The notes under the pieces are model-generated. The model had not been told where the DNA came from. It did no database searches and saw nothing but the letters and a program-made list of their open reading frames with translations. 64,000 nt of DNA, from contig CAJFCJ010000070.1 of assembly GCA_904063045.1 (NCBI GenBank), forward strand, positions 29,473 through 93,472, read 5' to 3'. Positions 1 through 12,547 of the stretch are shown here, in pieces. The DNA is from Dimorphilus gyrociliatus. Lineage: Eukaryota > Animalia > Annelida. Positions within the stretch are counted from its first letter, which is position 1; every line of letters starts with the position of its first letter. The translations under genes and the position numbers were made by a program.

Positions 1-3000
1 ATCACTAGAAAGTATACATTGTTTTGAATTAAACATTAATTTGCCTCTTGATTGAATAGATATTGGTCCTATTGAAAATTCTGTTAAATAGATTACACCA
101 GGAATTTTTAATCCATTAATTACATAATTAAATAAATATTTATTGCTGTTTTTCATGTTTAATCCATCAGTTTTATATAGGTCTATTGTTTTAAGGATTG
201 AAATGTCATAGTCAATATCAATATCTAGCTTTGTGGTCAATGATGGTTTTATATATTTAATTCCATAATTTGGTAAAATTTTTGTTTCCAAAGTTGTCCG
301 AATTGATGTTGTATACTTTGACACGATTGAAAGTTTCAAATCTGGAATCTGTTTTAAAGAAAATTTTTTATCCTAGCTCTGAAAACCTACTTACTTAAAG
401 CAATTGAATTGAATTTAGGAAATTCAATTGTACATTCTTTACAAATAGATAAATAGATATTCAGATTCCAAACTTACAGTAGAAATCTTCTGTTACCACA
501 AAAAGAACAATGCAAAATATACTTACATTTGTATTAATTTTTGGAAAATTGCTGTGTATGGAAAGATTCTCATTTAAATTATTACCATTACTACCACCAG
601 TACTATTCTTTGTAATGCTATTATAGTTGATAGTGCTTGTATCTAAATCTTCAGTTAATGATCCTAGATTAATCAATTCTACAGCTTTCCATCCATTCAA
701 TAATGATTTAGAACTGATAACATAACCTAAAGAACTTATTGTATCTTTTTTGCCAATAATTAAATCATCATTCTTCAACAGATCATCACTTTGTGCATAG
801 TACAAACTTTCATGAATATCATCAGTCCAACAAGAAAGTTGATGAGACCAATTTTTTATTTGATCAAAATTTTTACTTTCAATATTTGTACTTGTACAAT
901 AATCAAGTCTTGATTGTAGAAAAGAGTCTTTGTTAATTGTTTTATGATACTTTACTACTCTTTGCAGATAACCTAAAGATTTTTCTACAATAATGATATC
1001 CTCATTTTGATATTGCTCCGTTGTTTTAGCAATAATATAATAAGACCATACAGTTCTCCCTTCATAAGCGTATTCTTCTCCCAAACATTTCATATTTATT
1101 TCTTGAGTAATGCTCTTCCTTGGTTGTGAAGATTGGATAAATATTGACAACTGTCTTTTTGAAGGAGTTAAATGCCATATATTCAATTTATTTTTATCCT
1201 TAAATATTGCAGTTGTTTTGAAATGACCATATTTAAGTAAGTCCAATGGATAAATTTCATATCCAACCATAATCTTATAATTGGAGAATGTATTTGTAGA
1301 ATTAACAATTCTATGATAAACTCTTTCATTATTCTCACTGGTTATTATTTGTTGAGTATAAGTAGATGTATGGTTGTCATCCCCTTCTAGTATAAATATG
1401 TCATATTCTCCATTCAAATCTCCATTCAATTTTTCTTCACTTTTACATTTAAAAAGCTTTGATTTTATTTTAATAACATTATCTTTTAGTTTTATATCAT
1501 TTATTCTCTCTTCTGAAGTCAATTGTGGAATGGGAAAGCCATTTTTACATTTATTCTCATCCCATATTTTACAACCAGATAATGATGTATTTTTAAAGCA
1601 TTTTTTGATGTCTGTACATTGTTGACAAGCTTCATTATTGGTGTGAGAGCAATAAGACTCTTCACAATTAAAAGTTAGTATCTGCTTAGAGCAAGAATTT
1701 GGTTCTACACTTAAACAATTCCAATAGAACCAATCAGGACATGACTTGTATGCTTTATCAGGCATTCCTGGAATACATTTTTGAGTAGTGTCACACCATC
1801 CACAACCCTCTCTCCTAGTACAATGTTTACAAGATGAATAGCGAGGACATTTTGATCTTGAGCATCTTTTTCCATACCATCCAGGATAACATTTACAAAC
1901 ATTTGGGCCTATACATGTACCATGATTATTACAATTTCCAACATCTTTACAAGTGAATTCTGAACAGTCAGACTTAGTCCATCCAGAATTACAGAGGCAA
2001 GTTAAACCAACACATTGTCCCCTTTTAAAGCAGTTATTTTTACACAATCTATCATGAAATTCTTGACAAATAAAAGGTTTAATCACCTTATTATCTATAT
2101 AATTTGTATCTCTTTGCTCAGGATATCCACTATTTGCAGTCCATATATCAGTTGTTGTGAATTTTTGTTCATTTTTACTTGATTCCGTTATTCTAAGTAT
2201 ATCTTTAATATTTTTATTAAGTAAATGGTTTGCTGATAGTAATTGTGAAAAATGATTCAAACACCATTTTTTAGCATTGTTGAAAGTCAATGGTCCAAAA
2301 TGAAAGTAATAGCAAGATTTTTCAATATATTTCCATCCAGTTAGACCACAAAATGAGTTTAGATGATTATTTTTAGGGAATTGTTGAAGATTTTGGGAAT
2401 AATCAAGAAGTTGAAGAGAAGAATCATACCTGCCATCATAGATTCTCTTATGAATTTCACTTGAATGAGTTTCACCCCACCAATTATGAGAACAGTCATT
2501 CAAAATTAGACCACTTGAGTTTGTAAAACAAGCTATTTGAAAAGAATTAACATCATCATTCAAAACATTTGAACATTGATCAAAAGTTGTTTGCTTTAGA
2601 AATATTCCCAGTTCAACATTATTATTGTTAGAAATTTTCAATAGAGAATTTTGAAAATTGTCATTTTGAGAAAATCTACATTGAGTTATATAAATGCTCA
2701 AATTATCATTTTTCATAAAAATATTTTCATTATTAATTAGATTGAATGGAGTTGATTTTGAATTTTGAATATTTACATTTTTCATATAGACTGATGATCT
2801 TTTAGTTGACATGTAAATTGAATGTTTAACAGATGAAAATAGCAAATTTTCAAAATGAAAATAGTTTTTATGCTCTGAGGTTTGATAATTGAGATATATA
2901 GCTGTTGATTTTTCATTAGTAAATGAATTGTTTACAATACAATAATCTCTATGTTTGTCATCATCATCATTGCAAAATATGAATTGTGGATCTCTAAAAC

Positions 3001-4989
3001 CTACACACCTTAGTAATTCAATGCGAAGAGTTATATTAAAATTTCTATTTTCCAATTCATAAATTGGAATATCATAATATTTCCATATATATTCTTTAGT
3101 GGCTGAGTATTCTCTGATGATTTCTGTTTGTTTATCATCAGATTTTATTAATACAGTAATTCTACCATCACCATTAAGCAGATAAAACCGAAAGTAGCAA
3201 TAATTTTGGTTAGAAACTAGATTTTGGTGATAGATATCAATAAAACGTCTTTCATGAAAGTATTCAGAGTGGATGAGTAGTAAATTTCCAAAAGAATTTA
3301 TGTGATTATCAAATGTGTCACCACAGTATCTACGCCTATGTAAAAGAAAAAGTTGGAAAAATGGGAAATGTACATTTCGCATTTATCTTGAAATTGTTAC
3401 AAACCTGGTCTCTGAATTTTAGAGAAGAGTAGTATCAGGTGTTCTGAGAAGTTAGGATCAGTTAATTGCATTTCAATATTTTCATCAAAAATATAGAAAG
3501 CATCCTAGAGATTGAGATGAATAATTGATATAGAATGGGAAAGTGATGATGATAATCATATATCAATACTTACTGTATTAGGCTGTGAAAACAAGAAATA
3601 TGGTATTCCATTTTGAGGAGTGATTATTATATTTTCTATATTTATTGGTGAATTATTCAATAACTGAACTTTAAAAATGAATCCATGAGGAATAGTTATA
3701 GTTAATGAGCATCCAGTATGGAAATTATTTGGCCAAGACAAATCCAAAAATAAATCTCTATCTTTCAAATTATAAAAAGCGCCGATTGAACAAAAAGAAA
3801 TTGGTGAAAAAAGAGATTGTTTGGGAAAATTATATTCAGACATCTGAGAAAATCCTTGAATTAGTCTGATTGAATTTTTATTATTGTTAAAATGACTATT
3901 TCGAATGGAGAATTTATTAAATGTTCCTTTTAAATCTAATCCTACTTCTGTTGTAGATTCTACTAAAATATTGGATATTTCTAATGATGCATTTGAATTT
4001 GATCCAATAATTTGTAAACCACTTGAATTGGATGAAAAATAGGAATCTTTAACAATTGCATAATCATCATTTAAAAATAAATTTAGACCAACACCATGAA
4101 AATGGGCATTTTGAATAAGGTTATTTTTCCCATTTACATTTACAATTGCCTCATTGAATACTGTTGGTAAACAGCTGAAAGAAAGGATTGTTGGTAGAAC
4201 ATCTGCATTTACAAATTTTGTACATTGGTTGAATTGAGTAGCATTGTAGCAATCTAGAATCCAGTCTGTTGTTGAAAAGTTCAATTTTGAGTATGATATT
4301 CCAGCTGTTGATTGTGGATCGGTATTTAGATTAAAATGTTGGCAAACCAGTTGATTTATTTTGAAAAATTGTAAAATACTACTGTTTCTTGTTAAATTGA
4401 TTTGAACAGATTTTTGTAGTCCATCTTCAGAGTTGAATAAGAAAAGTGATATGTTAATTTTTTTAAGTTGAAAATGGCTACTTTCTTGCTTCAATTTTGA
4501 TGTTTTAGTAGTGATTAAAACTCTTTTTTCATTTGGTTTTCCAATATATAATTCTCCATTTACTATCAAATGCTTACCTAGATCAAATGATATCTTTGTA
4601 TTTTGGGATAAAATTTTTAAATCACCATTGATCAGTGTTGTATCTTTGATTCTAACATTTCCACTAAGCTCAACTTTTCCTTTGATATAACCTTCTAAGA
4701 TGGTTGAATCTTTTTGTTTTTTATCAAAATATTTGAGTGTAGTCAATTGGTGATCTGTATAACTTGGTGATAGATTCACTCTAGCCAACAGGCCATTTCT
4801 ATTTCCATCATAGACTTTTGAATAAGGATTTTCATGATTAATGTAATTATGTGTCATATTGAATTGGCATTGATCAATTGAATTTGTATCACAAATGCAT
4901 TGGCAATCTATTTCATAGGTACTTTCTCTATTATCCAAAATATTTCTTGATAGAAAGGGAAAATTCTGTCCTTCCAGTTTCCATTCCAT
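1..4989 (-). CDS. Large multi-exon extracellular protein: parallel beta-helix repeats, C-type lectin, EGF-like repeats, PSI domain (bark beetle/attractin-like domain mix); continues past window start
   Basis: ORFs 3556-4989 and 461-3382 (-). Beta-helix-like Asn/Ser-rich repeats (IRNSHFNNN, ITQCRFSQN) ending in HNWWG; CTL start CGLTGWKYIEKSCYYF..TFNNAKKWC; EGF repeats (CLCNSGWTKSDC, CKCYPGWYGKRC); PSI CKHCTRREGCGWCDTTQKCIPG. GTAAGT..TAG intron 3505-3573; further GTAAGT donors near 540 and 480. Exact exon chain and 5' start not resolved. Confidence 0.75.
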
Positions 4990-5529
4990 AATAGACTCAA
5001 TAAAAACATGGGAATAAACTCATCATTTTACACAATTATTGGTGAACTAAAGAGAGAGGCTGACTTAATTTCTGTCTATGTGTACACATACATTCGTCAG
5101 CTATATTCTACAATAGAGAAGTAGTATTGAACCAGTATTGTACTATGCAGATAGCACTGATAAAGATAAGCAGTAGTGACCTAGTTTCGCATAGGGCAGT
5201 GCATACACATTATGCAGTAATAAAACCTATTGAATTATATAAAGAATATTTGCTATTTGCAACCTAGCATTAATATTACAATTTATTAATCCATAAATTT
5301 ATGATTTCGAACTAAAACTAGTTCAATTAATTATCAATTATGCTTAAATTCTAAGTTTAGATTATATTCACTATTCAACAGTATTGTATACACAATACTG
5401 TTCTTTTTAACATGCATTAATCAGATATACTTCCTCCTTATATGCTGATGCTAAATTTACTAGCTCAATCAATTGAATATCATTATTAAGGTAGAATATA
5501 AAAACGGTCAAATATACAATCTACATGTT

Positions 5530-6008
5530 TTCTTGATTGTTGGACTTGTCCTACTAAAATTGTTACATCTTATGCAACTCTCCAACCTGAGAAATTCAAC
5601 TATTATTTAGAAGAGGAAAACAATAAAAACATGACCATATTTAGAACTTTTCTTTGTCTTCAAATGTTACTTTTGTTTTTGTGAACATTGAAATTTGTGA
5701 ACTATCAACCCTTAAAAGAGTATATAAACCCTACGAAATTAACAGTTGATAGTTCAGTTTTCTAACCGTCAGCTAGTTGTTTAAACTAGCTTGTTTAGAA
5801 CTAGAAGCTCATTTTACTCAATACATATTCTTTGCACGAAATACTGGTGTTTTGTTAATCAATTTCTACCGAAATTGCCTTTGTTAGACTATTTGTGGAC
5901 GAACTTTAAAGGTTCTATTTGGACCAGTACTTTGGCAAGTTGGTAAATGATTGGAAAGGACGATTACAGTTGTGACGAACCAGAAATTCCTACAATTACA
6001 ATACAACA
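5530..6008 (+). mobile_element. Dispersed repeat, probably a degenerate non-LTR retrotransposon (L1/Tx1-like) ORF2 3' fragment
   Basis: Similar sequence recurs at ~9990-10290, 34290-34545, 49290-49555 and inverted at 42190-42340, where it continues from an RT-like stretch. Repeat status seen directly; LINE identity is inference. Confidence 0.4.
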
Positions 6009-6529
6009 AAGTACACTATGAAAAATTATTAAGTGAGAAGAAGATATTGAGAATGCAAAAAAAAGTCTACACAGAAATTCAAAAGGAACTGTTTTCCATT
6101 TGGGAAAACTTTAAAGTTGGTGACATCACAGCAAGTCAACTTGTTGAGATGTGTTCTGCTTTATATTATTAAATATGTGCAGTAGTAATTCAACAGTATT
6201 AAAAATATCAAAAATGTTCAAGTCATTTGAAAAATTATGTTCTTAAATAAACTTTTTTACTTGCAATTTCATGGTTTTCATTTTCTCAGATCATTAGTAT
6301 TTAATCAATTAAGAAAAATATATTAATTCCTTTCATCTTCTCTATTCCTATTTAATAATTTTTTTAATACTATGTGGACATTTACTGTTCATTTGTGGAC
6401 ATTTTCTGTCCGTCTGTGGATGTGTTCTGTTCATCTGTGGACATTTTCTGTCCATCTGTGGACGTTTTCTGTCAATTGTGGACGTTTTCTGTTGTGGACG
6501 TTTTCTGTTGTGGACGTTTTCTGTTGCCC
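6009..6529 (+). mobile_element. Right end of a diverged MULE: transposase C-terminus plus repeat-built TIR
   Basis: YEKLLSEKKILRMQKKVYTEIQKELFSIWENF matches the C-terminus of the MULE at 22882-23367 (YKKLLSEKKICRQQRKAYQNIQSKIFSLWEQF); followed by GTGGAC(G/A)TTTTCT repeats ending ..GTTGCCC at 6529. Confidence 0.7.
6372..6526. repeat. Minisatellite (21-bp then 15-bp units, core GTGGACGTTTTCT) forming the MULE subterminal array
   Basis: Tandem units such as TGTGGACATTTTCTGTCCGTC; the ORFs at 6348-6611 and 6374-6574 are translations of it. Confidence 0.9.
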
Positions 6530-7116
6530 ACTTATTATAGAAATGGATTAGAATATGTCTTAAAAAATAAATGAATTCAAATGGTTTTAAAATATCATTA
6601 ACATTTAGCAACCAACATTCATCAGAAAAAATCTCTCTTCCTTTTCAAGATTTTTAAACATTGTACTATTTCTTTGTAAGTAAACAAAATTTAACTAAAA
6701 TATGATAACAAAACTCTAGTCATCCATTTTGAGTAGGTTTGACCTATTCAAAACACTATGGAAACAATGAAACAACACTGGAAGAAAATTGCTGATGGAA
6801 CAAGAATTTGTGATAAATATTGCATTGGAGATAATTATAATAACTTATTCATTGGTGGCAAAGTTGGATCTGCTACTATTTTTACCAACATTTCTCTTAT
6901 CATATCGGCTATTATCACTGCTTTCATAGATTTAAAATTCTAACATAATCCTTATAACAATCTTATAACCTAAATCTATTGTTAGTCAATAGTGGGCATT
7001 TTTTCACAAGCTGTAACTTGAGAGCCATGGCTATTGTCACCACTTTTTTAACAATGACTAATCTATATTATTAATATACACAAACTGGGAGCTGTATTTG
7101 CAAAGCACAAATAAAA

Positions 7117-9353
7117 ATGGCTACGAAATCTAATGATAATGAAACTGAGGAATTGACAGCAGGAACTAGTGATTTAAAATTAGATTCTGAGCACTTTGAA
7201 TGTAAAATAAAAATACCAATAAAACTACTGCTTCATCAAAGGTCAGACAGAACTGTCCTAGACAAAAAGCGCACACCCTTGGATATAGCTACTGAGGATC
7301 ATCCTAATGGAGTATTTTTCTACCCACGACTGGTGGACAATGTAATATTCTTTATATTAACAAGAAATATTTTTATTGTAAAAATTTTATTTATTCTATT
7401 CCATTAAATTTATATAGGTTGGAGACACACAACAAACTATTAAATTATACAGCGATTGGGATAAAGAAAAAAGAATATTTCATTTGAAAACAATAAATCT
7501 CAACTTAGAAAAAAGAAAAATTACCATTTTTCCACGTGACTTTAAAGGAAATGAGGAGAAACCAGGACTTTTAACTTATAGTAAAAATATATATACAATA
7601 CCTTTATTTTAAAAAATCAAGAAATGAAGAAAACATTTCTTTATACATTTAAACAGATATTTCAAAGGATGGCAAATGTGATTTCGAAAAGTCTCAATTG
7701 ATCATTGAATGGAATCAAGATACAAGCATGAATGCAACTTTGGAGGAAAAATTGGATAGAGTTCGGAATATAAGAATTGGAGCATTTAATATTAAAAAGG
7801 GAAAGATTGAGCAAGAAATTTCAAAAGTATTAGACATTTCTTTTGGTATTTTCATCACAATTTAGAATTTCTTTCAGGTCATACAAAATTTTGATTTGCT
7901 TGCCTTACAAGAATTGACAGCTGACCCTATAGATTATGGAAAAATATTGAAAAATTTAAATGAACAGCTAAATGAGAAAAATCAATGTCCATATTACATA
8001 ATAATTGGCGGAAAATTCCACAATGAAAACTCTGCTTATCTTTACAATACAAAATATTTTGTTAATATTTGCAACACTGACAGTAAAGATTTGGATTGTG
8101 CAAAAACATGGGAGGCTGAAGAAGAAAATCATAAAATGTTGATGCATCAATTTTTTCGACCACCACTTATTGTTTCTTTTCAAACAAAATATTGTGAATT
8201 GGATACATTTACCTTTATTTCTTTGCATACTAACCCTAATAAGAATGCAAAAAATAAAAAAATTGGAAATATATTACATTGTTACCCTTCAACAGTTACA
8301 GGGATAAACAATCTTTTCAAATTGTCAAAAGATATAACAACAGAATATCATGATGAGGTTGTGATTCTCTTGGGAAAAAAATATTAGGTCATTCCATACT
8401 ATTTTCAAACAGTAAATTGTAATTTTTTTCAGCATTTTAAAAATTTGATTATTGGTGGAGATCTTAATTGGTCTGAACAATATCTTTCACATGAGCCAAA
8501 TGTACCAGAAGAATTTACTTTACGTACCCAAAGATCAATACCAATCAAATTAAAACAGAAATATATGACAGTATAATAGTAATTTGTTTAGTAATTTCTC
8601 TTATTATTGATATTAAAGTTATACATATATGGAACTGACTTGGAAAAAGCTATAATTAGAAATAGTGGAACAGTTTATTACAACATAACATTCAGTGACC
8701 ACTTTCCAGTTGGATTTGAAATTCAATTCAAGATAAACTTAGAGGAGAAAATTCCTAAAGGAATAATTCATGTTCCATTTCAAAGTGAAAATCAGTTGAA
8801 AAGTTTGCAAGATTATTTTGATCCATTTACATAATGAAACCTCACAATTTTTGATGATATGTGGCAAAAAAATGACTATACATGGCCAAAGATGTATCAA
8901 GTTAAAAAGCATTTTGATAATCATATTTTCAAAAATATTCTTCAAAGCAATTATAACACATTTTTTATGAAGACTTCAATATATATTGTGGACAATAATA
9001 ATCATGGAGAATACTCATGTATTACAGATTCGAAAAGTAATTGCATAATATTTTACACAGAAGAAAATAGATTTGAAGAAGACTGTTGTCAAAAATACAA
9101 AGAGGAATTTATAATACAATTTGTGGAAAATATTCAGGAAACTTATAAATATAAATGTAAATGTGCTGCATTCTACAATGAAAAATTTCAGTTATTTAAA
9201 TGTTACGATATGTCTACAAATGACAAAATCATTTTATATAAAGATGATAGTAAAATTATTAACCAAGGGAAAATATACTATTTCAATTTTCTGGTACAAA
9301 GTGAAATTCCAGATCCTTATGAAAAGAAAAGATGTCAGTTTTCTTCACTTTGA
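7117..9353 (+). CDS. DNase I-family (EEP) endonuclease with long N- and C-terminal extensions, copy A; about 6 exons; several 1-nt homopolymer deletions relative to the minus copies
   Basis: Spliced translation gives ordered DNase I motifs: IRIGAFNI, FDLLALQE, ENSAYLY, FFRPPLIVSF, FISLHTNP, IIGGDLN, EIYDR, SDHFPV. Short GT-AG introns. Frameshifts near 8527, 8570 and 8825-8850 where copies B/C are in frame. Confidence 0.85.
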
Positions 9354-9989
9354 TAAGTACTTTGGATATCATTTGGCAATTGATTTACTAATTTTCTTTT
9401 TTCTTGTTATTGCACAATTTTCATTATATTTTATACTTAAATAATGTTTGGATGGTTCATTATTATCATTTGGATTGTATTTTAATTCTGATTCATTTTA
9501 TGTAAATCTTTTTCAATTGTTTGAAAAGTGCACTTGGAAATAATGCATAATGATATTTAGACCTTAACTATGATAGAACTTTAGAAAGACTTTTCTTTTG
9601 TAGCCATGAAAATGGTGGAACATCGAAAAAGCTTTTATTTCCTAGAAATTATAATGGTGGAAGTTTTGAAAGATTTTTATTTCATAGAAATTTTAGTTGG
9701 GGACTTTAGAAAGTCATATTATTCGCAGGAAATAGATTCTTTGACCATAACAGATGGTGCCACTTTGGAACTAACAAAGGAACAAACAATATAGAAAAAT
9801 GCATGTCAAAGTTGTTACATCTTTTTCAAAAACAGATATGGAAGAGCAGGTTTGCTTTTGAAATGCCACATGCTAACCATTGTGATATAACAGTTTTCAT
9901 GTTTTTGTTGTTCATGCATTATGAGACTGTTACATTTCAACTTTGTAATCCTTTGGCCAAGTGAACTCAAGCTTTTGGAAATGTGTAAA

Positions 9990-10290
9990 AGGAAATACAT
10001 TTCCCAGTTGGCAGTTCAGTTCTTTAACCCTTAGCTGCTTGTTAAAACTTACATGTTTAGAACTAGAAACTCCTTTAATCAATACATATTCTTGAATGAC
10101 ACTGACACTGAACTGGTGTTTGTTGATTGATTTCTACTGAAATTAAATTTCTTGAGACTATTTGTAGAAGAAGTTGAAAGGTTCTGTTTATGTGAGTATT
10201 TTGGTGCATTGATAAATGATTGGAAGGGTGAATATTGTTCTGAAGAAGCAGAAATTCCTACAATTAAATACAACAAAGTACATTCAAAAT
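9990..10290 (+). mobile_element. Copy of the dispersed LINE-like repeat
   Basis: Similar to 5760-6008 (TTTAGAACTAGAAAC..CTCAATACATATTC..GAAATTCCTACAATT..ACAACAAAGTACA). Confidence 0.45.
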
Positions 10291-10462
10291 TCTTTATGTG
10301 GTTTTTAGTTGTTACAGTTATTGAAGCTTAGGCTAAAACAAAGCTTGAAAATAGTATCGGATGCTTTAGATGTTAGTAACTTTTAGTAGGCCTTATCACA
10401 CATTAATTTGGTCTAAAATGCAGTATAAAATATAGTATAAGCTTTTCGAAAATTAACCTCTT

Positions 10463-10584
10463 TTGTTAAAGTTAGATTCAATCACACATGCAAAATATTT
10501 TTCTATTTCTAATAATGAGAGGATCATTATCTTTGCAACAAATCATCAATTGGATTTATTGTCAAAGGGGAAAATTTGGTTCCT
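10463..10584 (+). mobile_element. MULE transposase fragment running into an assembly gap
   Basis: NNERIIIFATNHQLDLLSKGKIWF matches ENDRILIFSTTKQIELLSKGKIWF(MDGTF) of the element at 20897. Confidence 0.75.
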
Positions 10585-11188
10585 NNNNNNNNNNNNNNNN
10601 NNNNNNNNNNNNNNNNNNNNNNNNNNNNNNNNNNNNNNNNNNNNNNNNNNNNNNNNNNNNNNNNNNNNNNNNNNNNNNNNNNNNNNNNNNNNNNNNNNNN
10701 NNNNNNNNNNNNNNNNNNNNNNNNNNNNNNNNNNNNNNNNNNNNNNNNNNNNNNNNNNNNNNNNNNNNNNNNNNNNNNNNNNNNNNNNNNNNNNNNNNNN
10801 NNNNNNNNNNNNNNNNNNNNNNNNNNNNNNNNNNNNNNNNNNNNNNNNNNNNNNNNNNNNNNNNNNNNNNNNNNNNNNNNNNNNNNNNNNNNNNNNNNNN
10901 NNNNNNNNNNNNNNNNNNNNNNNNNNNNNNNNNNNNNNNNNNNNNNNNNNNNNNNNNNNNNNNNNNNNNNNNNNNNNNNNNNNNNNNNNNNNNNNNNNNN
11001 NNNNNNNNNNNNNNNNNNNNNNNNNNNNNNNNNNNNNNNNNNNNNNNNNNNNNNNNNNNNNNNNNNNNNNNNNNNNNNNNNNNNNNNNNNNNNNNNNNNN
11101 NNNNNNNNNNNNNNNNNNNNNNNNNNNNNNNNNNNNNNNNNNNNNNNNNNNNNNNNNNNNNNNNNNNNNNNNNNNNNNNNNNNNNNNN
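10585..11188. other. Assembly gap (N run)
   Basis: 604 N. Confidence 1.
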
Positions 11189-12547
11189 TTAATAGATTCA
11201 CAATTTTTATTTGTCAATTTGCAAGAAATAAATTCAATATGTTTTAAAGTATTTTTTGACTTAGCAATACCAGATAGAATATTTTCAAATTTGTCAACAT
11301 ATCATTTCTATTTCCTGATTTCCAGAGTATACTTGTCATGTTTTTTGGTTTTTAACTAATGCATGGATTTAGGAAAACATGGTTATAGTTTAAAACACAT
11401 GACAATTATTATTATATAAAATTAAACTCTTATCATTCATTCCAATCAGCTAATCTTATGTCATAGACTTCAGATTTAAACGAACTTTAGAATAGCTTCT
11501 ATTTCATACAACTTAGAATGATAGAATTAAAGAAGTAATTCTAATTTCATAAGCAATAGATTTTTAACATAATTGATGGAGCTACTATGGAATTGGCAAA
11601 GGAACAAAGAACAAAAGGATTCTTCATTTTTTTGTTTATTGAAGTTCTAAACCATAATTTATTCAATGTATAGGCATAATTTTGTATAGATTTTATTGCA
11701 ATGGACAACAAAACACTGTAGATTTTTGACAAAATATCTACATTTAATTTCTTTTGAAATACTGCTGTAGTTTCAAATTACATAAGTATCAGTGCTCCAT
11801 CTAACGGAAGATGTAATTAATCTAATTCTAGTAGTGTGAAATAGATATAGGACATTTAAAAAGTAGTTGAGGATTTTTTCTTCATGTGTTTTAAATGGGG
11901 AATGTTCTATCTTTCTTCATTGACTGCAACGACATCTGTTATGAATTATTATACAAAATATTCCAATATTTTCTAATAAATTACAGTGTCATGCACTGTG
12001 TGAAAGAAAACATGTCTTCTACTTTTGGTTTTGATAGATCTCAAATAAATGACTGCTAAGAGTTTAATTGAAATTACTCTGTTGAAATGAAACAGTCTCA
12101 TAATGCATGACAACAAAACATGAAAACTGTTATATACACATGGTTAGCATGTGGCACTTCAAAAGCAAACCTGCTCTTCCATATCTGTTTTTGAAAAAGA
12201 TGTAACAACTTTGACATGCATTTTTCTATATTGTTTGTTCCTTTGTTAATTCCAAAGTGGACCATCTGTTATGGTCAAAGAATCTATTTCCTGCGAAATA
12301 ATGACTTTCTAAAGTCCACAATAAATTTCTATGAAATAAAAATCTTTCTAACTTCCACCATTATAATTTCTAGGAATAAAAGCTTTTTCAATGTTCCACA
12401 TTTTAATGGCTAAAAGAAAGTCTTTCTAAAGTTCTATCTATCTAAGGTCTAAATATATTATGCATTATTTCCAAGTGCACTTTTCAAACTTGAAAAAGAT
12501 TTACATAAATGAATCAGAAAAGTGACTTTTAGTCAGTTAGTCATTGT

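Noticed and set aside
461-545. Apparent C-terminal TM segment VSIFCIVLFVV of the 973-aa ORF
   Set aside because: It starts at a GTAAGT donor and ends at an AG acceptor: probably intron read-through.
6348-6611. ORFs 6348-6611, 6374-6574 and 20900-21187
   Set aside because: Translations of TIR minisatellites.
7968-8228. Identical 86-aa antisense ORF in all three DNase copies
   Set aside because: Shadow of the conserved middle of the DNase exon; no independent evidence.
8359-8387. DNase ORFs ending VVILLGKKY* as truncated proteins
   Set aside because: An AG|GT donor precedes this; splicing joins HFKNLIIGGDLN in frame.
10463-11359. Long ORFs across N runs (also 37813-38709)
   Set aside because: Artefacts of translating gaps.
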